A DNA stretch of 63,965 bases, filler included, from Globobulimina sp. (GCA_003354225.1; 57 parts of 57 records of this genome joined end to end with filler, not necessarily neighbours in it); one strand, 5' to 3'. Shown: positions 22,744 through 34,758, counted from the whole stretch's first letter. Numbers and translations are program-made. Notes: generated by a model not told the origin, from the sequence alone.

Positions 22744-23109
22744 ATGAAGTCAGGAACAATGTCAGATGGAAAAACACACAAAAAAAATGACAAATTGCAA
22801 CATGAATCGATAAAAGTAATGCTACGTTTTAGACCACATAACAAAGCAGAAAAAATATGGAATAAACAAAATAAAAAAAAGAATATAAATCACAGAGATC
22901 ATGAAATCACATATTTGCCGCAAAATCAAATCAAATTATTCAACACCAATGGCAAAAAATACCAATATGGATTCGATACCATTTTGACCTCATCCACCAC
23001 ACAGAGACAAACTTTCGAGATCGTAGCAGAAGGTGTCTGCGACGAAATACTTGAGGGTTATAACGGTACCATCTTTGTTTATGGACAATCCGGCTCTGGA
23101 AAAACGCAT
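22744..23109 (+). CDS. Kinesin motor domain N-terminus, truncated by chimera
   Basis: IKVMLRFRP, YGFDTI, GYNGTIFVYGQSGSGKTH; ends at an abrupt GC shift. Confidence 0.92.
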
Positions 23110-23518
23110 TAAACTGATGAGGGAGAAAGGGACATTTCGCCTGCTAGGCGAAATGAGCGGGCAAGACCCCATGTCGGTACAAGCCGCTGCAGTCGCGTTA
23201 GAAGAACGACAGGCCGGCGAGCAGACGTTACACGCACTCGACATGCGCCTTAAAGGCGACGACACACTGTTAAAACAAGTGGCCGCCATACACCTTGGCA
23301 AGCTCGGGTCAAAAGCCCGATCCGCAGCAGACGAGCTGCTCGAAGCGCTAAGCAGCGAAGACAAGGCATTGCGCAAATACGCGGCCACCGCGCTGGGTGA
23401 AATCGGAGCAAGCAAGGCGATACCGAAACTCGAAGCCGCGCTTGCGGACAAGGATAAATCGACAGCCGGCGCCGCCGCACTATCGCTGGCCAAATTGAAA
23501 GCTGTGCCGGCCCTACCC
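23110..23518 (+). CDS. GC-rich bacterial HEAT/PBS-lyase repeat fragment
   Basis: AAIHLGKLG, LRKYAATALGEIG..AIPKLEAALAD, AAALSLAKL; much higher GC than the rest of the contig. Confidence 0.75.
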
Positions 23519-23795
23519 NNNNNNNNNNNNNNNNNNNNNNNNNNNNNNNNNNNNNNNNNNNNTTAATTAATTAANNNNNNNNNNNNNNNNNNNNNNNNNN
23601 NNNNNNNNNNNNNNNNNNTGCCACAATGCAAAACGAACATATTCGTAAATTAAATAAAGTAAGTAAGTAAGTATGTTTTAATCGATTTTAATTTTTTATA
23701 ATTATAGGTAATTTCCAAACAAGAAGATGCGATTCGGACACAAGGCAGAAGAATTTACGAATTGCGAACAAGAGAGGGTGACAAAGATTTAAAAA

Positions 23796-24642
23796 TTGTT
23801 GTCCATAATTGTTCATGCTGAATACTATGTTAATTTTGATTTTGACTCAATATATTTTATGAGATATCAGAAAGACACAGAAAAAGAGTCAGTTAATCGA
23901 TTAAATAGAGAAAAATTGGAAAATGTTGAACCAGAAACGAGAAGAGACGTGGACAGAAGTGAAAAAGGAGTAGCTGAAATATGTAGCAGTACACAATTGG
24001 CGACAGCAACAAATATAGAAAAGAAAGTTTGTATAATTGTTGACATTGCTCACAAGAAAGAGTCAAAATCAGTACTTTCAATTGAGCAACATTACAAACA
24101 ACAGTTGCGATCAATTTGGAAACAACTGCTAAAAGTTAATACATTTACTGACAATGACAGCTTCTTTGAACTTGGAGGGGACTCGTTGCTTGTTAGGAAA
24201 TTAGTTGTTGCTTGTCGGAAGAAGTTAAAATCAAGAAAAATCACCTCAATAGATGTGTTTGAACATCCTACCATCGCACATTCAACAAATTGGCTTAACG
24301 GAGGAAAAGTTAATTCAGTGGTTGCAAAAATTCCAGCCAGTCCATCACCCTTGCCTTTCCCAGTGGCTATCATAGCCATATCTGGTCAGTTTTCTGGTTG
24401 TTCTGACCCCTATGATTTTTGGGAACAAATTAAGAACGGTGTGGAATGCACTGAATCTTGGTCAAGAAATCAACTGATTAATCAAGGATTCTTAAAAGAA
24501 ACAATTGATCAACCAAATTTTATACAAACATCAGGTCATGTAACTGGAATTGAACATTTCGATCATAAGTTCTGGTCATTTTCGCACAAAGATGCAAGTT
24601 GTATGGATCCGCAGAAGCGAAAAATGTTAGAACATTGTTATT
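23796..24642 (+). CDS. Carrier protein (PP-binding) + type I ketosynthase N-terminus; NRPS-PKS hybrid-like, partial
   Basis: IWKQLL..DSFFELGGDSLL..DVFEHPTI; VAIIAISGQFSG..FW..G; FDHKFW..MDPQKRKMLE. Confidence 0.9.
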
Positions 24643-25331
24643 NNNNNNNNNNNNNNNNNNNNNNNNNNNNNNNNNNNNNNNNNNNNTTAATTAATTAANN
24701 NNNNNNNNNNNNNNNNNNNNNNNNNNNNNNNNNNNNNNNNNNATTTGATTGTTGATTTTCAAGTTAATTGATTAGACTATGTCCAAGTAAGTGTTTTTCG
24801 AGACCGTTACATTTGATGTCTACTTATGTCTAAGAGGATTGCTTGCTAGCAGCGTGGATTAATGAATAGTCCTCACTCTATTGCCTCTACTGTCTCTCCA
24901 TATGGTTTATAATCCATTTGCAAAATAAACCTCCTAACTTATGTCCTTGTTTAGTAGAATAAGAAGAGGGAAGTAAGTTTTGTAATTAATTAATTAAATA
25001 AACTGAGTCGAAGTGACGTCAGACAACAATGTAATATAAGAATATAATACCTCCACATAGAAAATCGCTAATGGCAAATGCAACAAAAATGGTCGCATAG
25101 CTCAAGCAGAGCACTGGATCGATCCAGAAGATACAGGTACAAATCCTGTGGCGACAGCAAATCATTATGTGATGGATTTGGATTTTATGGAATGGATGAA
25201 TTTGAATAGAAAAAAATGAATTTTGTGGTGAGAATTTGGTGGTGATGTAAACCACCACGGTTTGAAGAAGCAATGGTATTATAAACATATATAGAGGGGG
25301 CAACACAGTAGCATTGCGGGTCGATAGACCC

Positions 25332-25510
25332 AGAGGCAAGAAGCACAGAGGCAAGTACACCGGAGGCAAGCACCCCTGAGGCAAGAAGTCTTCATATTTG
25401 TTCCCTTTTTTTTTGTTAGGACTGGTGAGGCATTAAACATTAAAAAATATTTTGTTTTGGAAGCAGAGACAAGAAGCACCAGGTGCAAGAACCCCTGAGT
25501 CAAGAAGCTC
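25332..25510. repeat. Two clusters of ~15-bp repeats (core GAGGCAAG)
   Basis: Four units at 25332-25391, three diverged units at ~25465-25510. Confidence 0.75.
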
Positions 25511-25866
25511 AGAAGGATGAGGCTTATTTTTTGCGTTTGAAATATTTCAAAAAAACAGTTTTAACATTTTATTAAAACAATAAGAAACACACATGTCATT
25601 CAAAACAAATGTCTTGTATATTTTCTTATTTTTTTTCATTCAAAAACTAACAAAATCTTCTTCATCAACATCCATCGCATCTTCACATTCATCCAATATA
25701 TCTCTATTTATGTCTTGTACTACATCCTCATCACTTGGATGATCACTGCAATTTTCCTCATTTTCANNNNNNNNNNNNNNNNNNNNNNNNNNNNNNNNNN
25801 NNNNNNNNNNTTAATTAATTAANNNNNNNNNNNNNNNNNNNNNNNNNNNNNNNNNNNNNNNNNNNN

Positions 25867-26501
25867 TGATTTTCAGAGTCATGACTAACTTTATTTATTT
25901 TCCATTTGAAGTGTTGAGTAAAAGCAGCCAAATCATTGGTAAAAATATCTTTTAATCCTTTGAAATATTGATTAAATTCATGAATATGATGGTCTTGTTC
26001 CCTCCGAATATTCCTCGCCAAATAGAATGCGTATTTTCTTGCGTTGACATCGCAAATATGCTCAAACTGGATCTGGTGATCAGGAACGCCGTCTGTTGAT
26101 TTTTCATTTTTTAGGTTGTGATTGTTTGAATTTTTGTTATTTGTTGGAAAATAATGGTCACTCAAATTTTTATTGCTTGTATTTCCATTAAACTTTCTTT
26201 TGTCAAACAATGGCGACAAACGTTTGAATGCTTTTTTCTTTGATTTTAATGTTGAGGCAGCATTGCATTGTGATGGTTGTGCTGCACATTGGGAGCAAAA
26301 TACATAGCTTTCATGATTATACGTATTGCAGGCAATACATTTCCATCTTTTCCTTTTTACTGCATTACGCTTTATTGGCGAAACAGTTTTCCATTTTGTT
26401 GCATCAACAATTCGCGGAGGATTAAATTTAGGTTTTTTTGGCAACGGTGCATTGGATGCAAGCAATTTTGCCTCAGATGCGGTTCGTTTCTTGTTTGACA
26501 T
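25867..26501 (-). CDS. RanBP2-type zinc-finger protein, 3'-partial
   Basis: WKCIACNTYN..FCSQC; basic NLS-like N-terminus MSNKKR..PKKPK. Confidence 0.7.
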
Positions 26502-26544
26502 GCTTTTTAGTGGAGTTATTTTGAAGTAGGTTTTGTGTATACAG

Positions 26545-26815
26545 ATGATCTCAACAACAAAGTGGTATTTAAAAGCTCTAAATTGGTTAAAAATTGTAAT
26601 TGTGGCAACAATACTAACATTTATCGCATTAACTATTGTCAATCACAAAACAACCCTGAAATATCTGCAACTTTTCCTCGAATGGATGCAAGATAATCCA
26701 GTCCGAGGATCATTTGCTTTTATCGGTGTGTACTGGTTTTGTACAGTAATGTTTATACCAGCTTCATTATTGACCATTGGCGCAGGATTTGTATTCCGTG
26801 CAGTTGCAGGACCAG
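26545..26815 (+). CDS. TVP38/TMEM64 (VTT/SNARE-associated) membrane protein exon
   Basis: FLEWMQDNP..G..AF..Y..TVMFIPASLLTIGAGFVF after a CAG acceptor. Confidence 0.8.
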
Positions 26816-26990
26816 TTTAGTAATAACTTATATGGACACAAAATATAGAAACATCTGATAAATCTGAAATGAATTTAGTGGACAGGCTTANNNNNNNNNN
26901 NNNNNNNNNNNNNNNNNNNNNNNNNNNNNNNNNNTTAATTAATTAANNNNNNNNNNNNNNNNNNNNNNNNNNNNNNNNNNNNNNNNNNNN

Positions 26991-28014
26991 ACATTGTTTG
27001 TATTGTTGGTTATTATTTAACTGTTTCATCATTACACCAATTGATATGGTGCTTTTTTTGTAATCTGGTATTGAATTAAATAAATCCAATGCATGTTCAA
27101 TTTTGTTTGTATGCCCATAAAAATCGATAACAGTGCTCACGAATTCAATGCTGTGCTCATTAATATCATTAATATATTTGTCAATCATTTGGTTCCCTCT
27201 CTCAAATTCATTACTATTTATGCACGCTTTTAGATATAACAGATGTGAGACATCGTTCTGTTGCTTTAGTGTCTCATAAATGTTGATACATTGTTTGTAT
27301 TTTTGATTGAGATTTAAGCAGTTCATCATTGCATTAATCGATGTAATATCTTTTTTATGTGTTGGTATTGTATTAAATACGTTGACTGCATCTATGACAT
27401 TTCCAATATGACCATAAAAGTCAATAACTGTGGTTATGAATTCGATGCTGTGGACATTAATATTCTTAATGTGTCTGTTAATAATTTGTTCTGCTTTATC
27501 AATTTCAGTGAGTTCGTTGCTATTTATGCATGATTTTAAGTATAATACATGTAAGACATCATTATGTTTATTAATATTATTTTCATGCTGATAGATAGCA
27601 ATACATTGTTTATATTGTTTGTTATTATTTAATTGTTTCATCATCGTACCAACAGAGATGGTATCCTTTTGATGCTCTGGGATTTGATTGAATATATTCA
27701 ACGCTTTGTTAATATTTCCATTCGAACTGTAAATATTAATCAACATTGTTTTCGAATATAAAGTGTCAATAAAATGTAATATATTTATGGTTGATAACAT
27801 ATCAATTTTTATTGATCTTTTACAACATTTCAATAATAATGGTTTCATAATATCATTTATTTTATGATTGATAATATCAGAATAAATATTTGTAATCAGG
27901 TGTTTGTGCAATTTTGTTTGGTTTTGATAGCATTCATTTAACCATAATGATAACCATTTATTTACGACATGTTTATTTTTTTGTGCGTCATCAATATTAT
28001 TATAAATGTTAAAT
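26991..28014 (-). CDS. Pentatricopeptide-repeat protein, PLS-like, internal fragment
   Basis: Triplet repeated ~2.5 times: TTVIDFYGH..A..F..IP / KDxxSxxxMMK..N.QYKQC / DV.H.LYLK.CINSNE. Confidence 0.82.
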
Positions 28015-28431
28015 NNNNNNNNNNNNNNNNNNNNNNNNNNNNNNNNNNNNNNNNNNNNTTAATTAATTAANNNNNNNNNNNNNNNNNNNNNNNNNNNNNN
28101 NNNNNNNNNNNNNNCTAGGAAATTTTATTTTAAAATTTGATCAAAAAAAAGACAGAGTCAGGAACAAATTATGATTTTCTAAGATAATTAAAAAAAAATA
28201 GTAAATATTAATTTAAAAAAGGAATATTTAAAAATTACAAAAATAACGGATATAATACGACGTACTGAGATGCAAAATGATTGCAATTGGTGGACAAATG
28301 ACAAATGACAAATGTGGAAGAATGCAATAGATGTAGTATTTGTACAATTAATTAGTTTTCGAGTAAGACGAAAAACAAACAAAAAACAAAAGTTGATTAA
28401 TATTGGATTGGAATTGGATGAAAAAGCAAAT

Positions 28432-29138
28432 TTATTGCGAATCATTATTAAGCTTATTACTAATATTTAATCCTTGATCCAGTGGTCTTCGCGAATAATC
28501 GATAAGATTATTGTTTTGATTTTGTTCCTGTTCAACATTATCTGACAATTTATCCTCATTGCTCTCCTCCGCCCCGTCGCCACCCGCACCACTCTCCATA
28601 TTCTTGCCTTTATCCTCATTCTGATTCTGATCCATCTGATCCTTGCCTGCCACGCCCGCCTTGCCGCCATGCGACTTGACATTGACGTTGACATTGTCGC
28701 CAAAGGTGGGATTAATTAATTCAGTGCGCGGGTCATGCTCCCACAACTTCAACAATTTGACATAGACTTCGCGCGGGAATTTCTTGTACGACCTCGACCT
28801 ATATTTGTCAATCAAGCTGGCCGTGGCCACAAACTCAATGATGCGGAACCTATAGCCGTGCTCCACTGCGTATTGGATATGGTCCTCATACATCGAGATG
28901 CGCGCATTGTGGTTGTCCAATATGATCAGATTCACATTGCTTTGGATGCACTCTCGGATCTCTTTGGTGCACCACTCGCGCGCCAAAAAAACTAACTGGG
29001 GCTGGAACTTGTATTCCCCGACGCCATCTTCCTTCCCACTCCAATGATAGCGGTCCTCGGTGCAGATGCGCGCATTCTTGCTGCGCTGCGCTAATTTCTT
29101 GGCCAAGGTCGTCTTGCCGCTGCCCGGCAAGCCGCGCA
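28432..29138 (-). CDS. P-loop kinase of AAA_33 / N4BP2-like type, 5'-partial
   Basis: RGLPGSGKTTLA, IILDNHN, A..HGY. Confidence 0.75.
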
Positions 29139-29571
29139 NNNNNNNNNNNNNNNNNNNNNNNNNNNNNNNNNNNNNNNNNNNNTTAATTAATTAANNNNNN
29201 NNNNNNNNNNNNNNNNNNNNNNNNNNNNNNNNNNNNNNACAATGATATTGCTACTAATGTGTTCAACATGTTTTCTGTGCACTTTATTAATGTTTAATTC
29301 AATTTGATAATGAAATGATTAGTTTGCGATTTGTAAAATGTAAATGTCAATGTCCGATATCGGTGATGCTATTTATCGTAAACAGTGATAGTTACAAAAT
29401 ATAGTTGCAGCTGCAAGGAACATCACGTTGTTTTAGAATATACAGCAAATAATCAATGAAGATGATTGGTGGAATAATTAGAACCCCGCACTGTTATATT
29501 AACACATGATGCATGATTTAAATTCAAAACTTAGTCAAGATCACATCATCATAACAATCATCATAACAATC

Positions 29572-30262
29572 ATGTGTTCACCCTTTGCATGTTTTAGTAA
29601 AATGACGACTAACGACCAAAAAAACAATGCTGAAAAACAAATGCAATTAGCGAGACAAATGGAGCAACAGACCATACGGGTCTTATTATTAGGCCCTGGC
29701 TGTTCGGGCAAAACCACCATTTTGAAACAAATTAAAAAAATTCATTGCCGAGATGGTATTTCAGAGCGAGAGCAGTTGAACGACCGCCAGAAAATAACCA
29801 AATCCATTCAAGACGCAGTCGTCGAATATATGCGGATTTTATGCGTGGAAGCTCCTAAATTAAACATACAATACAACACCAATACGATCGTAAGCGATTC
29901 GTACGAACATATTCGAAAAGAGTTTGAATTATTACACCCAGAGAACCCACGTTCTTTAACCGAGGACGTCGCAGCAAAAATTGCAATGTTGTGGGAAGAT
30001 CCTGGCATCAAAGCAACGCTCGCCGCCAGGCAACATTTTCAAATCGCAGATAATGTGTCTTACTTTTTCGACCGCATTGGCACAATCTCGCAAATCTCGT
30101 ACGTGCCCTCGTTCGATGACTATGTGCGATTTCGACATCGTTCCGCCGGTTCGAGCAAAACCAAAATACAAATCGATATCAGCACTTTCGGGAAACATAC
30201 ATTTGAGTTTACTGACGTCGTCGGTCAGAAATCTGAGAGGCAGATATGGATGAAATTTCTCG
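29572..30262 (+). CDS. Heterotrimeric G-protein alpha subunit, divergent, 3'-partial
   Basis: VLLLGPGCSGKTTILKQIKKIH, LWEDPGIK, YVPSFDD, DVVGQKSER..W. Confidence 0.9.
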
Positions 30263-30373
30263 NNNNNNNNNNNNNNNNNNNNNNNNNNNNNNNNNNNNNN
30301 NNNNNNTTAATTAATTAANNNNNNNNNNNNNNNNNNNNNNNNNNNNNNNNNNNNNNNNNNNNCCTCATTTTAA

Positions 30374-31386
30374 TTAATTATAGGCTTCTTTTATCAGGAA
30401 TCGAATTACACCTTTATTATTTGCTTTGACTTTCTCACATTTCACCATATTGTTTAAATCTATTTGTTTCATTAACATATCATTGATATTATAGCAATAA
30501 AATATATTTTCGTTTGTCAAGACATAATATCTTTTTTTCTTTCTTTTTAATTTACATTTTTTGTGTAAAAAGCCAGCTTTAATGACATTATAAAATGGTT
30601 TTTCATTTCTTTTAAAATATTTCGGATTTAATGATAAAAATAATTCATTTTCTGTGGGTTTTTCGTCGCCGTATTTACAAAACATCGGAGATAAAATATT
30701 TGAATTAAAATGAATTTGTTGGTAAATATAAAAATGATTTAATTGTGACGAATAAATTATGTTTCTTATATTTCTTAGTTTTGATTGTTTGGATAAAAAA
30801 TATTTGTTTTTAATACACTTAAATTTCGGACAATGATTGGAATGAATATATTCACCAATTTTACATTCCATTTTTAATGCAATATGGCCATTACAAGCAT
30901 ATCCATTCGGTGGAATGCCTCGGAAAAATGAGATTTGATTATTTATGCAATAAATACATTGCAAAGAATTTGGTGATTTCAATGCGTCCATATCTCTTCC
31001 ATTTTTTTTAATGATCAATAATTTATGCTTTCTGCACTGGTTTGTGGCTAAATGGCCAAACATATATTCATTTTCACCTAAAACCGGTTCAAATATTATG
31101 GTTTGCAACGCATTTGAATTATTGTTTGAAGTCCATAACAGTTTAAAGTGTGTCGCATATAATAAAATCAAGTCATTTTCATCATTCTTATCATCATCAA
31201 AATCATCAGACGACCAATGATCACATAAATTCAAATCATCAGCGTATTGTTTATATTCTTTCTCATATGATTCTTGTTTGCTTTCTGCAATTTTATTTTG
31301 ACTATGATTTAGTTGCGGTATCGCAGTCAATGGAGACTCTTTTTTAATAAATTTAGGTTTAAAGGCAAAACGTTTCTTGCTTTGAT
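30374..31386 (-). CDS. Vps62/DUF946-like region followed by PH domain, partial
   Basis: SFFRGIPPNGYACNGHI; IKAGFLHKK..KKRYYVLT. Confidence 0.6.
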
Positions 31387-31517
31387 NNNNNNNNNNNNNN
31401 NNNNNNNNNNNNNNNNNNNNNNNNNNNNNNTTAATTAATTAANNNNNNNNNNNNNNNNNNNNNNNNNNNNNNNNNNNNNNNNNNNNTAACTTAAACCGAA
31501 TACAGGCGGAAATAAAT

Positions 31518-32510
31518 ATGTTCCAAGCGGCATCTCAGAGCCCCATGGGTTCAGGTGATGACTTAGTATCAAAATTTTACGGCCGCAAAGCAGACGACTT
31601 TAACTCATGGGTTGACATTTTCGAATTAACGGCGAATGCATACAATTTTGATGATGCACGCAAAGCTAAACTACTGCCGGCTTATCTGCGAGAAACAGCC
31701 CTTCAAAAATACAAAGGATTAGCAGCAGACGTAAAGGCGAATTATGGTCAAATGAAAACCGCACTACGAGATGCACTGAAGCCAGCAGAACAAAAAAGAT
31801 GGGCTCAAGGACGACTTGCAGACATTAAACAAAATGACGATGAATCGGTACAGGCATTCGCACTAAAGCTGCAACGTTTAGTGAAACTAGCCCACCCAGA
31901 ATTAACTGACGAACAAAGAAATGAAATGATGCTAACATATTTCACAAGCAAACTTCATCCCAGTCTGCGCCAATGGGTACAAGCATTTGAATGCCAAACA
32001 TTTGATGAAGCATTGTCAAAAGCAAGCTGCTTGGAGGCAAACCGAATGATTGATGCAAATGATTACCCTCAACCAAAAATTGCAGCTCTATATGATACAA
32101 ACGCACAAGACGACATAGAATCTGAGGAACAAAAGAATATTCCACCTGGCGCGACAATTTATTATAACAATAACCGTACACCAGGTAAGCCAATGACAAA
32201 TTTTAATAACAGTAATTACAGACAAAACCCAAAATCGGAAAGTACAGAGGCAGCAATTGCAAGAATAGATCAAACTCTACAAAATATGGCAATTGCCAAT
32301 AAACCAACCGACACAAGAACATTGTCAAACAGACCATTCAAACGAAGTTTCCCAAACAATCAAAGGTACCCAGATAAATTTAATAGTCAACCAACTTATA
32401 ACAGATATAATCAACGACAATATAGTGGAAACAATAATGGAAATCGCAATTATAATTATAATCAAAACAATAGAACTAACTTTCAACAAAAACAATGGAA
32501 ACCCCAACCT
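31518..32510 (+). mobile_element. Ty3/Gypsy-type retrotransposon Gag, 3'-partial
   Basis: KFYG..FNSWVDIFE..LPAYLRETALQKY and major-homology-like KQNDDESVQAFALKLQRL; Asn-rich tail. Confidence 0.8.
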
Positions 32511-33090
32511 NNNNNNNNNNNNNNNNNNNNNNNNNNNNNNNNNNNNNNNNNNNNTTAATTAATTAANNNNNNNNNNNNNNNNNNNNNNNNNNNNNNNNNN
32601 NNNNNNNNNNCATGACAACAGTCTTTTCATCCATTGTCGAAGCCATTAGAATATTCTCAACAAAAATCCTTTTACTAACTGAGCGCCTCAACAGGTGGAT
32701 ATCCCTTACAACTGTTCTTAAACAGAGACCACGCTCTGACCTTCGCCTGTGGCATGTTTAGTTGTTCTCAGATTACGCATTCACTACACATACAAAGCTC
32801 GGATGCTCTTTGAAAATGCTGCATACCATCTACACTTTTTACCCCTTTGGATTTAATACTAAAACATACGCCTAGCTTCTAATTTATGATTGGACAATTG
32901 TGCGTATGTACACATCAAAAATATTAACAAACAACATTAAAAAAAGCATATTAAAATAATAAAAAAATGAAATTTGAAAATAAACAACCTCAAAGAAATA
33001 ATATATTAAATTAAAAAAAAAATCGTCATATACAATTTAAAAAACAACAACAAAAGTCTTTAATATTTGAATAAAGAATATATAATAAAA

Positions 33091-33634
33091 TCAATAATCA
33101 CTACTTTCATCATCATAATCATCTCTATGCACCTCCTTTGGTTCTGGCGTATACTCATTGCCATCATCCTCATCACTATCACTATCACTGTCCTTACTTT
33201 TGGCCTTGATTCGCTCCGTCTTACTTTTGGCAAACGATTGGCCACCATGCCCACCATGGCCACCTGCGTTCATTTGCACAGCTCTCTGTCGCGCACTCTT
33301 TGGTCTTTTCTTTGAACTGTTTGCATTATTTACTATATGCCGCGCACTCTTCGGTCGCACATATTTCTTCAACTTATTCTTTCCCTGCGACCGACTCCTA
33401 TGCCTTCTGCCCTTCTTAGAATTGGTCAAAGTCCCCGTTTGACTCCGCGTATGCTTCCCGAGGTGGCGCCTCTTTTTCCCACTATTATAATCACCCGTTT
33501 TTCGCCTGGAATGCCGTTTTTTATCCCTCCCTCTTCTCCGCTTCTTTCCCCTCCCACTCTCATCCCCTTTACTCAGTTTATGTACTTGTACTCTTTCACT
33601 ATAATTATCCCGCTCAAATTCATACTCATTCCCT
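33091..33634 (-). CDS. Low-complexity Arg/Ser/Asp-rich protein C-terminus
   Basis: RRHRSRS, RPKSAR twice, acidic tail. Confidence 0.5.
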
Positions 33635-33744
33635 NNNNNNNNNNNNNNNNNNNNNNNNNNNNNNNNNNNNNNNNNNNNTTAATTAATTAANNNNNNNNNN
33701 NNNNNNNNNNNNNNNNNNNNNNNNNNNNNNNNNNTAGCTATCAA

Positions 33745-34305
33745 ATGAAACAGAAACTTTTTAATGTTGCCGGAGCTAAAACAAAGCGGATTGATAATGA
33801 ACCAGTACGAGGGTTGAAGAGTGTTAATGTGTATCTTGGATCTATCAAAGCTGCAAAAAACATACAAAGATTGAGAGAATTGAATATTACTCATATTATT
33901 GACTGCACTGCGCGTTGCAAAGAATGTATTGTAAAAAATGAATTTATAAAATTGTGTATTCCTGTTCAGGATTCCGTTGATGACAATATTATTAAATATA
34001 TGGATGACTGTTTGGCATTCATTTGTAATGCATTGGAGGATGATAAAAGTGTTTTGGTACACTGTTGGATGGGAGCTTCACGGAGTGTGACTATCATCAT
34101 TGGATATTTAATGAAATATCACAATATGAAACTCAAACTCGCATTGGAATATATTGCTAAAATTCGCGGAGCTTTTGCTAGACCAAATACCTCATTTCTT
34201 TTGCAATTAATTGAAATGGAAAAGAATTTGTTTGGATGCCATTCATTTCATATAACGTCCAAACAAATGCAACGATACCAAAGAAAACTTACTAGCCACA
34301 AATAA
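33745..34305 (+). CDS. Dual-specificity protein phosphatase
   Basis: VYLGS..A, ITHII, VLVHCWMGASRSVTIIIGYLM, RPN.SF..QL. Confidence 0.92.
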   Translation: MKQKLFNVAGAKTKRIDNEPVRGLKSVNVYLGSIKAAKNIQRLRELNITHIIDCTARCKECIVKNEFIKLCIPVQDSVDDNIIKYMDDCLAFICNALEDDKSVLVHCWMGASRSVTIIIGYLMKYHNMKLKLALEYIAKIRGAFARPNTSFLLQLIEMEKNLFGCHSFHITSKQMQRYQRKLTSHK

Positions 34306-34407
34306 TTTGTCAAAGCTCATTAAATAGGTTCAGATTTCAGAATACTTTTTTAAATTAAAATAAAAACAATACAAAAAAAAACAAGTCTAAACTGCATTTG
34401 TGTCATT

Positions 34408-34758
34408 TCATCGCTTCGAGGCGTCGCCATACTTCAACTTCAACAATCTCATTTTTTCCAAATGCTGCTTTGATGGCAACTTACTGACTGGAACGACTTT
34501 TTTCTTCGCCACTGCATTTTTCGAAGATTTGTTTTTATTCTTCCTCAACGAGCTCGCAGGCGGTGTCGGGGATCGTTTCCTATTCGTTCCAGTCTCTAAA
34601 TGCAAAGTCAAGCTATGATAATATGCGGTTGGTCTCCGCGCATAATCTCTGCCCACAGCCACAACAGCGTCCATTTCTTTTTTCCGTACCATTTTCTCCA
34701 ATTCCTGATCATCATTCATTTCCTTGTCACTATACACATCCTCCTCATCCTCCTCCTC
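34408..34758 (-). CDS. Hypothetical basic protein C-terminus
   Basis: Open frame with higher GC; converges on the phosphatase. Confidence 0.45.
   Translation of the reverse strand, partial: EEEDEEDVYSDKEMNDDQELEKMVRKKEMDAVVAVGRDYARRPTAYYHSLTLHLETGTNRKRSPTPPASSLRKNKNKSSKNAVAKKKVVPVSKLPSKQHLEKMRLLKLKYGDASKR

Noticed and set aside
23033-23566. 177-aa ORF as a single gene or kinesin-HEAT fusion
   Set aside because: Its start is an off-frame reading of kinesin DNA across a chimeric GC step.
24983-24998. Natural TTAATTAATTAA outside a spacer
   Set aside because: No N flanks; expected by chance in AT-rich low-complexity DNA.
25815-26642. Upstream 47 codons of the 275-aa ORF
   Set aside because: Antisense to the TMEM64-like exon; the plausible start is MSNKKR at 26501.
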